This document shows, in pieces, positions 56,380 through 64,000 of a DNA stretch of 64,000 nucleotides. A program made the position numbers and the translations under genes. The notes below the pieces were generated by a model. The model worked only from the letters and a program-made list of their open reading frames with translations. It had not been told where the DNA came from and made no database searches. This stretch comes from an uncultured Patescibacteria group bacterium (GTDB taxonomy: Bacteria > Patescibacteriota > Microgenomatia > UBA1400 > PJMF01). The stretch is taken from positions 186,699 through 250,698 of the forward strand of contig CAJQIG010000002.1 in the NCBI GenBank assembly GCA_905478415.1. The letters run 5' to 3'. Each line of letters starts with the position of its first letter. The first letter of the stretch is position 1.

Positions 56380-57807
56380 ATGAAGTTATACAATACTCTG
56401 AGCCGAAAAGTTGAAGAATTTCAACCTGCAAATGCACCGAAAGTGAGCCTCTATGCCTGCGGCTTCACCGTCTACGACTACACCCACTTGGGGCATCTTC
56501 GCAAATACTCTATGGATGATATCCTGATTCGTACACTTAAGTACTTTGGGTATGAAGTTACCTTTGTTCAAAATGTGACTGATGTAGGTCACTTGGCTTC
56601 AGATGCCGATACGGGCGAGGATAAACTCGAAAAAGGGGCCAAAAAATATGGCCAATCAGTCTATGACATTGCCCACAAATTTGAAGACTACTTCTTTGAA
56701 AGCATGGATGCTATGGGTAACCTTCGTCCCGATGTTAGCTGTCGAGCTACTGACCACATTGAGCAACAGTTAGCAATGGTTTTGGAGTTAGAAAAAAAAG
56801 GTTTTACCTATGTTATTGATGGCGATGGTGTCTATTTTGACACCTCAAAATTGAGTGATTATGGCAAGCTGGCGCGACTCAACTTGGAGCAGCAGAAAGA
56901 AGGCGCTCGAGTTGATGTGGTGGTAGGCAAGCGAAATCCTGCGGATTTCGCGCTCTGGAAGTTCGAAAAACCAGGAGAAAACAGAGCTATGGTGTGGCCA
57001 AGTCCTTGGTCGGAACGGAGTTTTCCCGGTTGGCACATCGAGTGTAGCGCCATGAGTATGGAGTACCTTGGAGATCAAATTGATATTCACACTGGTGGCA
57101 TTGACCACATTCCTGTGCATCATACCAATGAAATTGCTCAGGCCGAAGCCGTCACCGGCAAAAAACCTTTTGTAAAATACTGGGTGCATCATAATTTTCT
57201 TCGGGTTGAGAATGAGAAGATGAGCAAATCGCTGGGTAATTTTTTTACCATTGATGATGTGATCAAAAAAGGATTTCATCCCAAGGCTCTCAGACTTCTT
57301 TTCTTGAGTTCGCACTACCGAAGTGAGTTGAACTTTACGTGGGACTCATTAGCTGGTGCCCAAAAGGCACTTGAAAAGTTGGTTGCACAGCTAGGTGAAC
57401 ATCTCTCTGAAGAAAGCATAAACATCAAAGATGTATCGCCAGCTGCACTCGATTTTAAAGATCGATTCGTAGCCGCTATGGGGAATGATCTTGATACGCC
57501 TCAGGCGGTAGCAACACTTTGGGAGGTGCTCAAATCTTCACTTTCAGGTGCAGAAAAGGCAGTTTTACTCAGTGAATTTGACCAGCTGCTTGGATTTGAT
57601 TTTAAAGGTCTCGTGACAGAGTTTTCTCAAGAAGTTGTAGATCTAACCAAGTTGCCAGAGGAAGTTCGGACACTCCTAGATCAGCGAAAAGAAGCCCGAG
57701 CCAATAAAAATTGGCAGCGATCAGATGAGCTAAGATCTGCCTTGTTAGAGCAGGGTTTTTCGGTCGAAGACACTGCTGATGGGCAAGAGTTACATCGACA
57801 GAAGTAA
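56380..57807 (+). CDS. cysS: Cysteinyl-tRNA synthetase
   Basis: Class I HIGH-type (HLGH) and KMSKS motifs, 475 aa. Confidence 0.93.
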   Translation: MKLYNTLSRKVEEFQPANAPKVSLYACGFTVYDYTHLGHLRKYSMDDILIRTLKYFGYEVTFVQNVTDVGHLASDADTGEDKLEKGAKKYGQSVYDIAHKFEDYFFESMDAMGNLRPDVSCRATDHIEQQLAMVLELEKKGFTYVIDGDGVYFDTSKLSDYGKLARLNLEQQKEGARVDVVVGKRNPADFALWKFEKPGENRAMVWPSPWSERSFPGWHIECSAMSMEYLGDQIDIHTGGIDHIPVHHTNEIAQAEAVTGKKPFVKYWVHHNFLRVENEKMSKSLGNFFTIDDVIKKGFHPKALRLLFLSSHYRSELNFTWDSLAGAQKALEKLVAQLGEHLSEESINIKDVSPAALDFKDRFVAAMGNDLDTPQAVATLWEVLKSSLSGAEKAVLLSEFDQLLGFDFKGLVTEFSQEVVDLTKLPEEVRTLLDQRKEARANKNWQRSDELRSALLEQGFSVEDTADGQELHRQK

Positions 57808-57808
57808 T

Positions 57809-58666
57809 TTATTTTTCAAGTTTTTTGAGTGCAGCCACAGTGTTGTTTGATGCCAGCCAGGACTCTGGTGTGCCACAATCCAAGTATTGGCTCTGCGGTG
57901 TATAAATCACGACAGGAAACTGGCCGGCCAGAATTGTTGCTGTATCGGTAATGTAGAGTTCTCCAGAATGTGGATTAGGAAGCTGGGTTTCGACGATCTC
58001 GAATACCGTAGGTGTAAAAATGTATTTGCTAATATTAGCTAAGTTTGATGGGGCAGTGCCAGGAGCTGGTTTTTCAACCAGCGTATCTAAGTAGTTGAGT
58101 CCTTTTTCGGTGTGCATTTTGGCAATGCCATATTTAGAGAGGTCTGCTTCTGGACGTTCTAGGCAAGTCACCAAGCCTTGCGCTTGGTTTTTTTCGTGAG
58201 CCGCAAGAAAGTGTGAAATCATAATGCCAGTTTCGCTGAATTTTTCGCCATTGTAGAGGAAGTCATCACCCATTAAGACCAGAAAAGCTTCTTCGTCAAG
58301 AAAGTATTCTTTGGCAACTTTGAGAGGTACGGCGGTGCCATACCCATCTGCAACTTTTTGGGTGACAAAGGTAAAGGTAGCCTTTTCATGTAGGGTAGTG
58401 AGGTGGTCTGCAGCTGCGTGTTTTCCTAAACTTCGAAGCTCGGCTACCAGGTGTTTGTTAGGAGAGTAGTACTCTTCAATTTGGGTGCTCGATTCGTTGA
58501 CTACAATCACAAACTCGGTAATACCACCTTGAATACAGTCGTCGACTAAGTAGTCGATAACTGGCTTGTTGAAGACTGGCAACATTTCTTTTTCGATTGT
58601 TTTTGTAATTGGAAGAAAGCGAGTTCCCATGCCTGCTGCCGTGATGAGTGCTTTTTTGATGTGCAT
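57809..58666 (-). CDS. UTP--glucose-1-phosphate uridylyltransferase paralog
   Basis: KALITAAGMGTRFLPITKTIEKEMLPVFNKPVIDYLVDD GalU signature. Second copy in the window. Confidence 0.8.
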   Translation of the reverse strand: MHIKKALITAAGMGTRFLPITKTIEKEMLPVFNKPVIDYLVDDCIQGGITEFVIVVNESSTQIEEYYSPNKHLVAELRSLGKHAAADHLTTLHEKATFTFVTQKVADGYGTAVPLKVAKEYFLDEEAFLVLMGDDFLYNGEKFSETGIMISHFLAAHEKNQAQGLVTCLERPEADLSKYGIAKMHTEKGLNYLDTLVEKPAPGTAPSNLANISKYIFTPTVFEIVETQLPNPHSGELYITDTATILAGQFPVVIYTPQSQYLDCGTPESWLASNNTVAALKKLEK

Positions 58667-58750
58667 ATGGATAAGTATAACTCATCAATGAGTTCTCGGT
58701 AGGGAAGAACTGGGCTGTGTCTTGAAAAGAGACTGAGATCTTGAGATACT

Positions 58751-58951
58751 GTGGTCGATATGGCCAAACGAAAACTGATTATTCCTAAAAATAACAAAGT
58801 CTTTCTGGGTGTAGCTGCAGCTTTTGCAAACTATTTTAAGATTGATGTCACTCTGATACGAATTATCTGGGTACTTTTGCTGTTGCCAGGAGGTTTGCCC
58901 GGATTAATTCCTTACCTGATTAGTTGGCTGCTTATTCCAGAACGCGAATAG
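58751..58951 (+). CDS. PspC-domain membrane protein
   Basis: KNNKVFLGVAAAFANYFKIDVTLIRIIWVLL matches the PspC domain. Confidence 0.6.
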   Translation: MVDMAKRKLIIPKNNKVFLGVAAAFANYFKIDVTLIRIIWVLLLLPGGLPGLIPYLISWLLIPERE

Positions 58952-59008
58952 CTACTTTAATAAAGCAACTTTGTTGCAATATTTAATAGTTCGTGGTACG
59001 ATTCAGCA

Positions 59009-59926
59009 ATGAAACGTCTTTTTTTGTTACTTCCAATTTTAGTAGCCACAGTGGTTCTGGCCGGATGTAGTTTTCAAACTCCAGCAGTTACCAATGAGAA
59101 CTCGGATGAAACAGTACGTATTGCTGTCAGTATTGTGCCGTATGTTGATTTAGTCGAACAAGTTGGTGGTGACAGAGTAACTGTATTTTCCATTATTCCA
59201 GAAGGGTTTAGCCCTGAAGTCTATGAACCAACACCGCAAGAAATGCGAAAGTTAGCACAGGCTGATATTGTAGTTCTCAATGGAGGTCTGTCATTTGAAA
59301 CAGCGCTTGAAGAAAAAATTAGAGAAAGTAATCCATCAGCTCGAATCATCAGATTGAATGATGCCTTGCGCCCTGAAGATCTAGTATCTCTTGAGTCACA
59401 TGCGCACGATGATGGGGAAGTTCCTGATGCCAATACAGGAGGAGTAGATCCGCACACTTGGCTTTCTCCGAGTGTACTAGCTCGTCAAATTCCCAGTATT
59501 GTTACTGCTCTGCAACAAGTTGATGAAGCCTCGGCCCAAGAGTACCAATTTAGAGGTGAAGAGACAGTTGCAACCCTGACCGACTTGGCGGCCGAGTTGC
59601 AAGCAGCGCTCGCACCCTTTCAGGGCAGAGCTTTTTTGGTATACCACCCGGCTTTTGGATACTTTGCTCATGAATTCGGGCTAGAACAGCATTTTATTGA
59701 AGTTGAGGGTAAAGAACCTTCGGCTGCACAGTTGAAAGAGAGTATAGAAGCTATTAGGTCTGAGAATATTCGCGTCGTATTTTTAGAAAAACAATTTAGC
59801 ACTCGCTCCGCCGAGGCTTTAGCTCAAGAAATTGACGCCGAAGTGGTCTATGTGAATCCATTGGCTCAAAATTATTCTGAAAATCTACATACTTTAGCAA
59901 ATCACATTATCAATAGTTTATACTAG
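59009..59926 (+). CDS. znuA: Zinc/manganese ABC transporter substrate-binding lipoprotein
   Basis: Lipobox LAGCSF, cluster-9 SBP fold with a His-rich loop (HAHDDGEVPD). Confidence 0.8.
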   Translation: MKRLFLLLPILVATVVLAGCSFQTPAVTNENSDETVRIAVSIVPYVDLVEQVGGDRVTVFSIIPEGFSPEVYEPTPQEMRKLAQADIVVLNGGLSFETALEEKIRESNPSARIIRLNDALRPEDLVSLESHAHDDGEVPDANTGGVDPHTWLSPSVLARQIPSIVTALQQVDEASAQEYQFRGEETVATLTDLAAELQAALAPFQGRAFLVYHPAFGYFAHEFGLEQHFIEVEGKEPSAAQLKESIEAIRSENIRVVFLEKQFSTRSAEALAQEIDAEVVYVNPLAQNYSENLHTLANHIINSLY

Positions 59927-59932
59927 GTACAT

Positions 59933-60703
59933 ATGCAGGCACTTTCGGTTACTAATCTTTCAGTTCAGTATCCTCATGACTCTAAACGGGCTGTTGATGC
60001 AGTTTCTTTTGCACTCGAAAAAGGTTCGATTGCTGTTTTGATTGGCCCCAATGGTTCGGGGAAGTCGAGTGTTTTGAAAGCTTTGCTGGGTTTGTTAGAT
60101 TCGACGGGAGAAGTTTTATTCTTTGGTAAGCCTCTCGAAAAGGTGCGCGGCAAAGTTGGCTATGTGCCCCAGCGCTACAGCGTTGATACTACCATTCCAG
60201 TTACCGTGTATGAATTTTTGATGCTTGGGCTTCTGACCTGTCAACATTCTGATCGAGAGAAGCGAGAAATGATTACCACCGTTCTGGAAAAGGTTAATGT
60301 ACTGGGTAAAGAAAAGGAAAAAATTGCTGATCTCTCAGGTGGGCAACTACAACGTTTATTACTAGCTCGGGCGATTATTCATTCACCCAAGTTCCTTATC
60401 CTTGATGAACCAGAAGCCGGTGTTGATGCTGGTGGAGAACAGCTTTTTTACACCCTATTGAAAAAACTTTCTAAAGAAGATGGTGTCACCATTTTGCTAG
60501 CCTCTCACGAAGTAGCTCTGATTCATGAATTCGCCGATGCTGTTATCTGTATCAATAAAGAATTGGTGTGTTACGGCAAGCCAAAAAAAGTTTTGACAGC
60601 TGATACATTTAAAAAACTGTATGGGAGTGGCGTTATGTATTATAGTCATCAGGGACATGAACATCACCACCATGCTGATACCCACCAGAAAGGGGAGCAG
60701 TAA
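59933..60703 (+). CDS. znuC: Zinc ABC transporter ATP-binding protein with His-rich C-terminus
   Basis: Walker A GPNGSGKSS, signature LSGGQLQR, Walker B LILDEP and a C-terminal HQGHEHHHHADTH. Confidence 0.85.
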   Translation: MQALSVTNLSVQYPHDSKRAVDAVSFALEKGSIAVLIGPNGSGKSSVLKALLGLLDSTGEVLFFGKPLEKVRGKVGYVPQRYSVDTTIPVTVYEFLMLGLLTCQHSDREKREMITTVLEKVNVLGKEKEKIADLSGGQLQRLLLARAIIHSPKFLILDEPEAGVDAGGEQLFYTLLKKLSKEDGVTILLASHEVALIHEFADAVICINKELVCYGKPKKVLTADTFKKLYGSGVMYYSHQGHEHHHHADTHQKGEQ

Positions 60704-61527
60704 TGCTAGCAGAATTTACCTCCCTCTTTGAGTTCGCCTTTTTCCAGAGAGCCCTGGTTGCGGGATTTTTGCTAGCAATCTTGGCTGGCATTGTAGGCGT
60801 ATTTAGCTCGATCAGAAAATCGACTTTTTTTGGTGATGCCATTGCTCACTCAGCTTTAGCTGGGGTTGCCCTAGGACTTTTTTTCAATGTGAATCCGCTG
60901 CTTTCTGCCGCAATCTATGCCGTGATAATTTCTGTGGCCTTGCCATGGTTTAAGAAACAGACGGGTTTTTCATTTGATTCGCTCCTAGGTATTTTGTTAC
61001 CAGTTTCAATGGGATTGGGAGTGATTATTTTTGCTTTACTGCCGGGATATCAACCAAATTTGTTAAGTTTTCTTTTTGGAAATTTACTGGCCGTCACCAG
61101 TACAGATTTGTATTTTTTGCTTGGATTATTTGTGGTGGTAGTAGGTGCACTACCTTTTTTTGGTCGAAAACTTTTATTTGTTTCACTTGATCCAGAGCAG
61201 GCTCAGTTGTTGGGTATCCCCGTTGCTTTTTACGAGTTGGTCTATCACTTTTTGATTGCACTTACCGTTGTTTCTGGAGTTCGGCTTGTTGGAGTCGTAT
61301 TGATTAATGCCTTTTTAGTTATTCCTTCGATGGTTGTGAGTTTACACGCTCGTTCACTGCAACAGTTATTTGTACTAACTCCGGTTGTGGCCTTTCTCTC
61401 AGTTGTGGGTGGGTTATTTCTTTCAGTTATTTTCAATTTACCCTCTGGAGCAACGATTGCAGTTTTTTCTGGTTTCGTATTTCTATGCAGTGTGAGTGTA
61501 AAAAAATTGAGGGGTGGTACCACATGA
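60703..61527 (+). CDS. znuB: Zinc ABC transporter permease
   Basis: 8-TM ABC-3 permease. Start overlaps the znuC stop. Confidence 0.8.
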   Translation: MLAEFTSLFEFAFFQRALVAGFLLAILAGIVGVFSSIRKSTFFGDAIAHSALAGVALGLFFNVNPLLSAAIYAVIISVALPWFKKQTGFSFDSLLGILLPVSMGLGVIIFALLPGYQPNLLSFLFGNLLAVTSTDLYFLLGLFVVVVGALPFFGRKLLFVSLDPEQAQLLGIPVAFYELVYHFLIALTVVSGVRLVGVVLINAFLVIPSMVVSLHARSLQQLFVLTPVVAFLSVVGGLFLSVIFNLPSGATIAVFSGFVFLCSVSVKKLRGGTT

Positions 61528-61916
61528 AAAAGAGAAATCTTAAACAATTAGTTGTACAGATTTTAGAAGCTAATCATTATCTTACGGTCAGTGAAGTCAT
61601 GGTTGAACTAGAAAAGGTGGGGCACTCGTTCAACAAAACTAGTGTGTACCGGAACATTGAAAAGCTGAGCGAAGAGAAGCAGGTTTGTCGCCACTCATTC
61701 GGCACAGATAAAGTCTACTATGAGTTGCGTAGACTCGACGAGCACCATCACCATGATCATTTTGTATGCGAAGGTTGCCACAAGATAGAACCACTCGATT
61801 GTAGTGTAGAAGTGGTGAATACACCTACTAATTATAAGGTTGACCACCATCACATGACCATTTTTGGCACCTGTGATCAGTGTCAAAAATATGACCGAAC
61901 ACATTCGCCTAGCTAA
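61524..61916 (+). CDS. zur: Fur-family metalloregulator (Zur-like)
   Basis: Winged-helix N-terminus, HHHDHFVCEGCHKIEP metal sites. ATGA overlap with the znuB stop. The ORF opens at 61485. Confidence 0.75.
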   Translation: MKKRNLKQLVVQILEANHYLTVSEVMVELEKVGHSFNKTSVYRNIEKLSEEKQVCRHSFGTDKVYYELRRLDEHHHHDHFVCEGCHKIEPLDCSVEVVNTPTNYKVDHHHMTIFGTCDQCQKYDRTHSPS

Positions 61917-62943
61917 TCCACAACCAAAAATTTGGTTGATTCTGGTTCTATTCCTGACAGCCTTAGGGCTACTCCTTGTCTCATTGTTCATTACTACTGG
62001 CGGTTGGCAGCAAGATCAATCCTCATGGTTTGGTGAGCAACTTGAAAGTCCGGCCGAGGTGCCGAAAATAGAGCCAGAGCTTGAAATCCCTCAAGAAATA
62101 GAAAAAAGGTCAGTCACCCTTCTTTTTGGCGGAGACCTACAGTTTGATCGCTATATTCGACGCCAGGCAATGGGCCATGGAAGTTACGAATACATATTTA
62201 AAGAACTCGAATCACTCTTTGCAGAAGTTGACGGAGTTATCGCCAATCTAGAAGGGCCGGTGACCAGTTTTGATTCAGTCAGTCTCGGTTCAGTTGTTGG
62301 TAGTCGCGATAACTATATATTCACTTTCAGTCCAGAGGTTGTGCCGGTACTTAAAAATCTGGGTTTTGTGTTACTAAACCTGGGAAATAATCATATTTTA
62401 AATTTTGGTCAGGATGGCTTGGAAGAAACAAAGCAGTTGCTGGATGATGCCCAGATTGGGTATTGGGGAAATACTGGCGGCGAAACCTGGCTCGATGATT
62501 CGTTTTATTTGTACGAGCAGCATGGTGTTCAAATTTTATTTGTAAACTACAATGAATTCCTGTTTGGCGACAGAGAAGAACTGTTAGTCGAGATGCGAGT
62601 GCGTAAGGAACGACTCCAACCTGATTTTATGGTGGTCTACACTCACTGGGGGACTGAGTATCAGCAAGTTGCTAGTGAGTACTATCAGGATTTGGCTACC
62701 GAACTTGTCATAGCCGGAGCCGATATGATAATCGGTTCTCATCCACATGTGATCCAACAGCACCAGCAAATAGGCTCTGCGATGGTGTATTATTCTTTGG
62801 GGAATTTTGTATTTGATCAATATTTCGAAACAGCAGTGCGCAAGGGAACTTTGCTAAAAACAACCTTTACTGCCGGTGAAGAACTGAGTGTTTCAGAAGT
62901 GCCTATTTTCTTAGAAGGCACGGGAAAAACAGTTTTGGAGTAG
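61864..62943 (+). CDS. capA: CapA-family (poly-gamma-glutamate biosynthesis / metallophosphatase) protein
   Basis: Motifs NLEGPVT, GNNHILNFG, YTHWGTEYQ and GSHPHVIQ. N-terminal TM helix. The start may be the Met at 61891. Confidence 0.8.
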   Translation: MAPVISVKNMTEHIRLANPQPKIWLILVLFLTALGLLLVSLFITTGGWQQDQSSWFGEQLESPAEVPKIEPELEIPQEIEKRSVTLLFGGDLQFDRYIRRQAMGHGSYEYIFKELESLFAEVDGVIANLEGPVTSFDSVSLGSVVGSRDNYIFTFSPEVVPVLKNLGFVLLNLGNNHILNFGQDGLEETKQLLDDAQIGYWGNTGGETWLDDSFYLYEQHGVQILFVNYNEFLFGDREELLVEMRVRKERLQPDFMVVYTHWGTEYQQVASEYYQDLATELVIAGADMIIGSHPHVIQQHQQIGSAMVYYSLGNFVFDQYFETAVRKGTLLKTTFTAGEELSVSEVPIFLEGTGKTVLE

Positions 62944-63017
62944 CAATTTGACTCTTTTTGAGCGAGTAACTTCAGACCAATTTCCTCGAGAAGCACTCTC
63001 CTTAGTGTGAAAAAGTA

Positions 63018-63046
63018 TTGACAAAGCCCATAACTAATGTTATTAT
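63018..63046 (+). promoter_or_regulatory. Consensus promoter TTGACA-N17-TATTAT, copy A of a duplicated promoter module
   Basis: About 50 bp is similar to the module at 63645-63690. It precedes about 540 nt with no credible ORF. Confidence 0.5.
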
Positions 63047-63053
63047 ACTTATG

Positions 63054-63590
63054 TTGTTGTTTTCAACGCGCTTTTCTAAGTGTGGCTGAGAAAAACACGT
63101 ACATTAACAGACATTAGAAAAAATTCATTGTAAAACGTGAGTTTCCGGATGTCGTTAGAATTGATCAACATTGGTCTGTTCTCACGACTTCCGGAATATC
63201 TCACAAAAATGGGTGAGTGACCGGAATATATGCATCGCGCTGTAGTCGCAGCTGGATCGGTGCATCTTTACCCTCTTTTTAGAGGGCCGTTCGCCGACAA
63301 GGAAGTCGGCAGGGGTTTAGATGGGCAAATGTACCTCTTATACCAATTGCCTAGGTTGGAAGTCATCCTGTGATTAAAAACTTCCACTCTTATTCCATGT
63401 GCCTTTTTAGGCACGTCGCTCAAAGCCTGCCCGGCGAGCGACCACTCGAGGGTAGCAAGCGCAGCTACCCAACACTCAGTCCCCAAAATGGGGCCGGAAG
63501 CAATGGATTAATGACATCGCGCTGGTCATATCTAATGCTTCTGAGGGGTGTGGTTCGACTTTTGTTTCGAACCCACCCCTTTTTTTATTT
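63054..63590 (+). ncRNA. Candidate structured noncoding RNA of unknown family, ending in a strong terminator
   Basis: Perfect promoter upstream, multiple local hairpins (GCCGAC-aaggaa-GTCGGC, GGGTAGC...GCTACCC) and a terminator GGGGTGTGGTTCGA...TCGAACCCACCCC + T7 at 63544-63590. Only junk ORFs. Confidence 0.35.
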
Positions 63591-63647
63591 TTTCCTCTTT
63601 TATAGAGGATTTTTTGTATCTGAAATGGAGGAGAGTAGTCCCAGATA

Positions 63648-63676
63648 TTGACAAATCCCATAATATTTGTTATAAT
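63648..63676 (+). promoter_or_regulatory. Consensus promoter TTGACA-N17-TATAAT, copy B
   Basis: Exact hexamers with a 17 nt spacer. The downstream ~320 nt to the window end is noncoding-looking. Confidence 0.5.
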
Positions 63677-64000
63677 AATTGATATTGTTGGGACGTTTGT
63701 TCCAACTGCACATTTACTACTTTGGCCAATCTTCAGTGAGCGGCCAATTTGGATCATGTACAACTCTAAGTACGTGGTCCATATTGGCTGTTTGCTGGAC
63801 TATGGGGATTAGCATCCCACCATAGATTCAGAGCCCACAAGCACCACCACCCCAATCTCGAAAGTGGGTGGTAAACACTTCGTCTCTAGCTCCAGAGTGA
63901 GTTTTAGAGATAGGGCAACGATCCATTCTTAGTACTTTCACCTGAAAAGATCAGGGCAACAGGCACGTTGCATAAGTACTAATGGCCGGCAAGGTAGTGC

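Noticed and set aside
63054-63590. RNase P RNA or tmRNA
   Set aside because: Partial resemblance to the RNase P CR-I string (GGAAGTCGGCAGGGG) but no complementary P4 strand, no CR-II/CR-V blocks and no tRNA-like 3' end with a CCA-adjacent T-arm. A GCA-AAT-GTA...TAG mini-frame is not a convincing tag peptide.
63684-64000. Start of a 16S/23S rRNA gene
   Set aside because: The sequence contains TTTGGATCATG but diverges immediately from the universal 16S 5' end (TTTGATCATGGCTCAG) and does not match 23S 5' consensus.

Overview
This is a gene-dense window (about 42-45% GC) that looks like a small bacterial genome, possibly a Patescibacteria/CPR-type organism. That guess rests on N-terminal extensions on ribosomal proteins, many small membrane-anchored hypothetical proteins and a dockerin-like protein. 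The standard genetic code applies, because the long housekeeping ORFs stay intact with TGA read as stop.

Confident core genes include thrS, gmk-like, rplA-rplK-nusG-secE, galU (two paralogs) and a tRNA-Thr/Tyr/Thr cluster followed by rpmG. Also present are fmt, def, rpmB, an M50 protease, mreB-like/mreC/mreD/PBP2, dprA, topA and nadD. A thyA, dCMP-deaminase, dut, tmk nucleotide cluster is followed by recR, hpf, cysS, znuABC-zur and capA.

The most unusual locus is an AT-rich 3.5 kb island at 24.1-27.7 kb, directly next to the 3' end of tRNA-Trp(CCA). It holds five co-oriented mini-cassettes, each ending at its stop codon in a conserved ~29 bp repeat that resembles the 3' end of tRNA-Trp. The cassettes are two YafQ/DinJ-type toxin-antitoxin pairs, a hypothetical protein, a SAM-methyltransferase and a DUF1905 + YciI-like pair. 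No recombinase is visible in the window. This looks like an integron-like or tandem tRNA-att cassette array mobilised in trans.

Other notable items are listed below.
- An IS200-type element (tnpA only) sits among GC-rich REP-like hairpins, including a duplicated 31 bp hairpin that brackets a GC-rich acidic ORF.
- Several perfect TTGACA-N17-TATAAT promoters occur, two of them near-identical and preceding long noncoding transcripts at the 3' end of the window. These look like structured ncRNAs that I could not identify.
- A long structured leader precedes the 28080 gene.
- A nucleotide-metabolism cluster contains uncharacterised partners: a HIT HxHxQ protein, an HldE-like nucleotidyltransferase, a MazG-like protein and a translationally coupled hypothetical.
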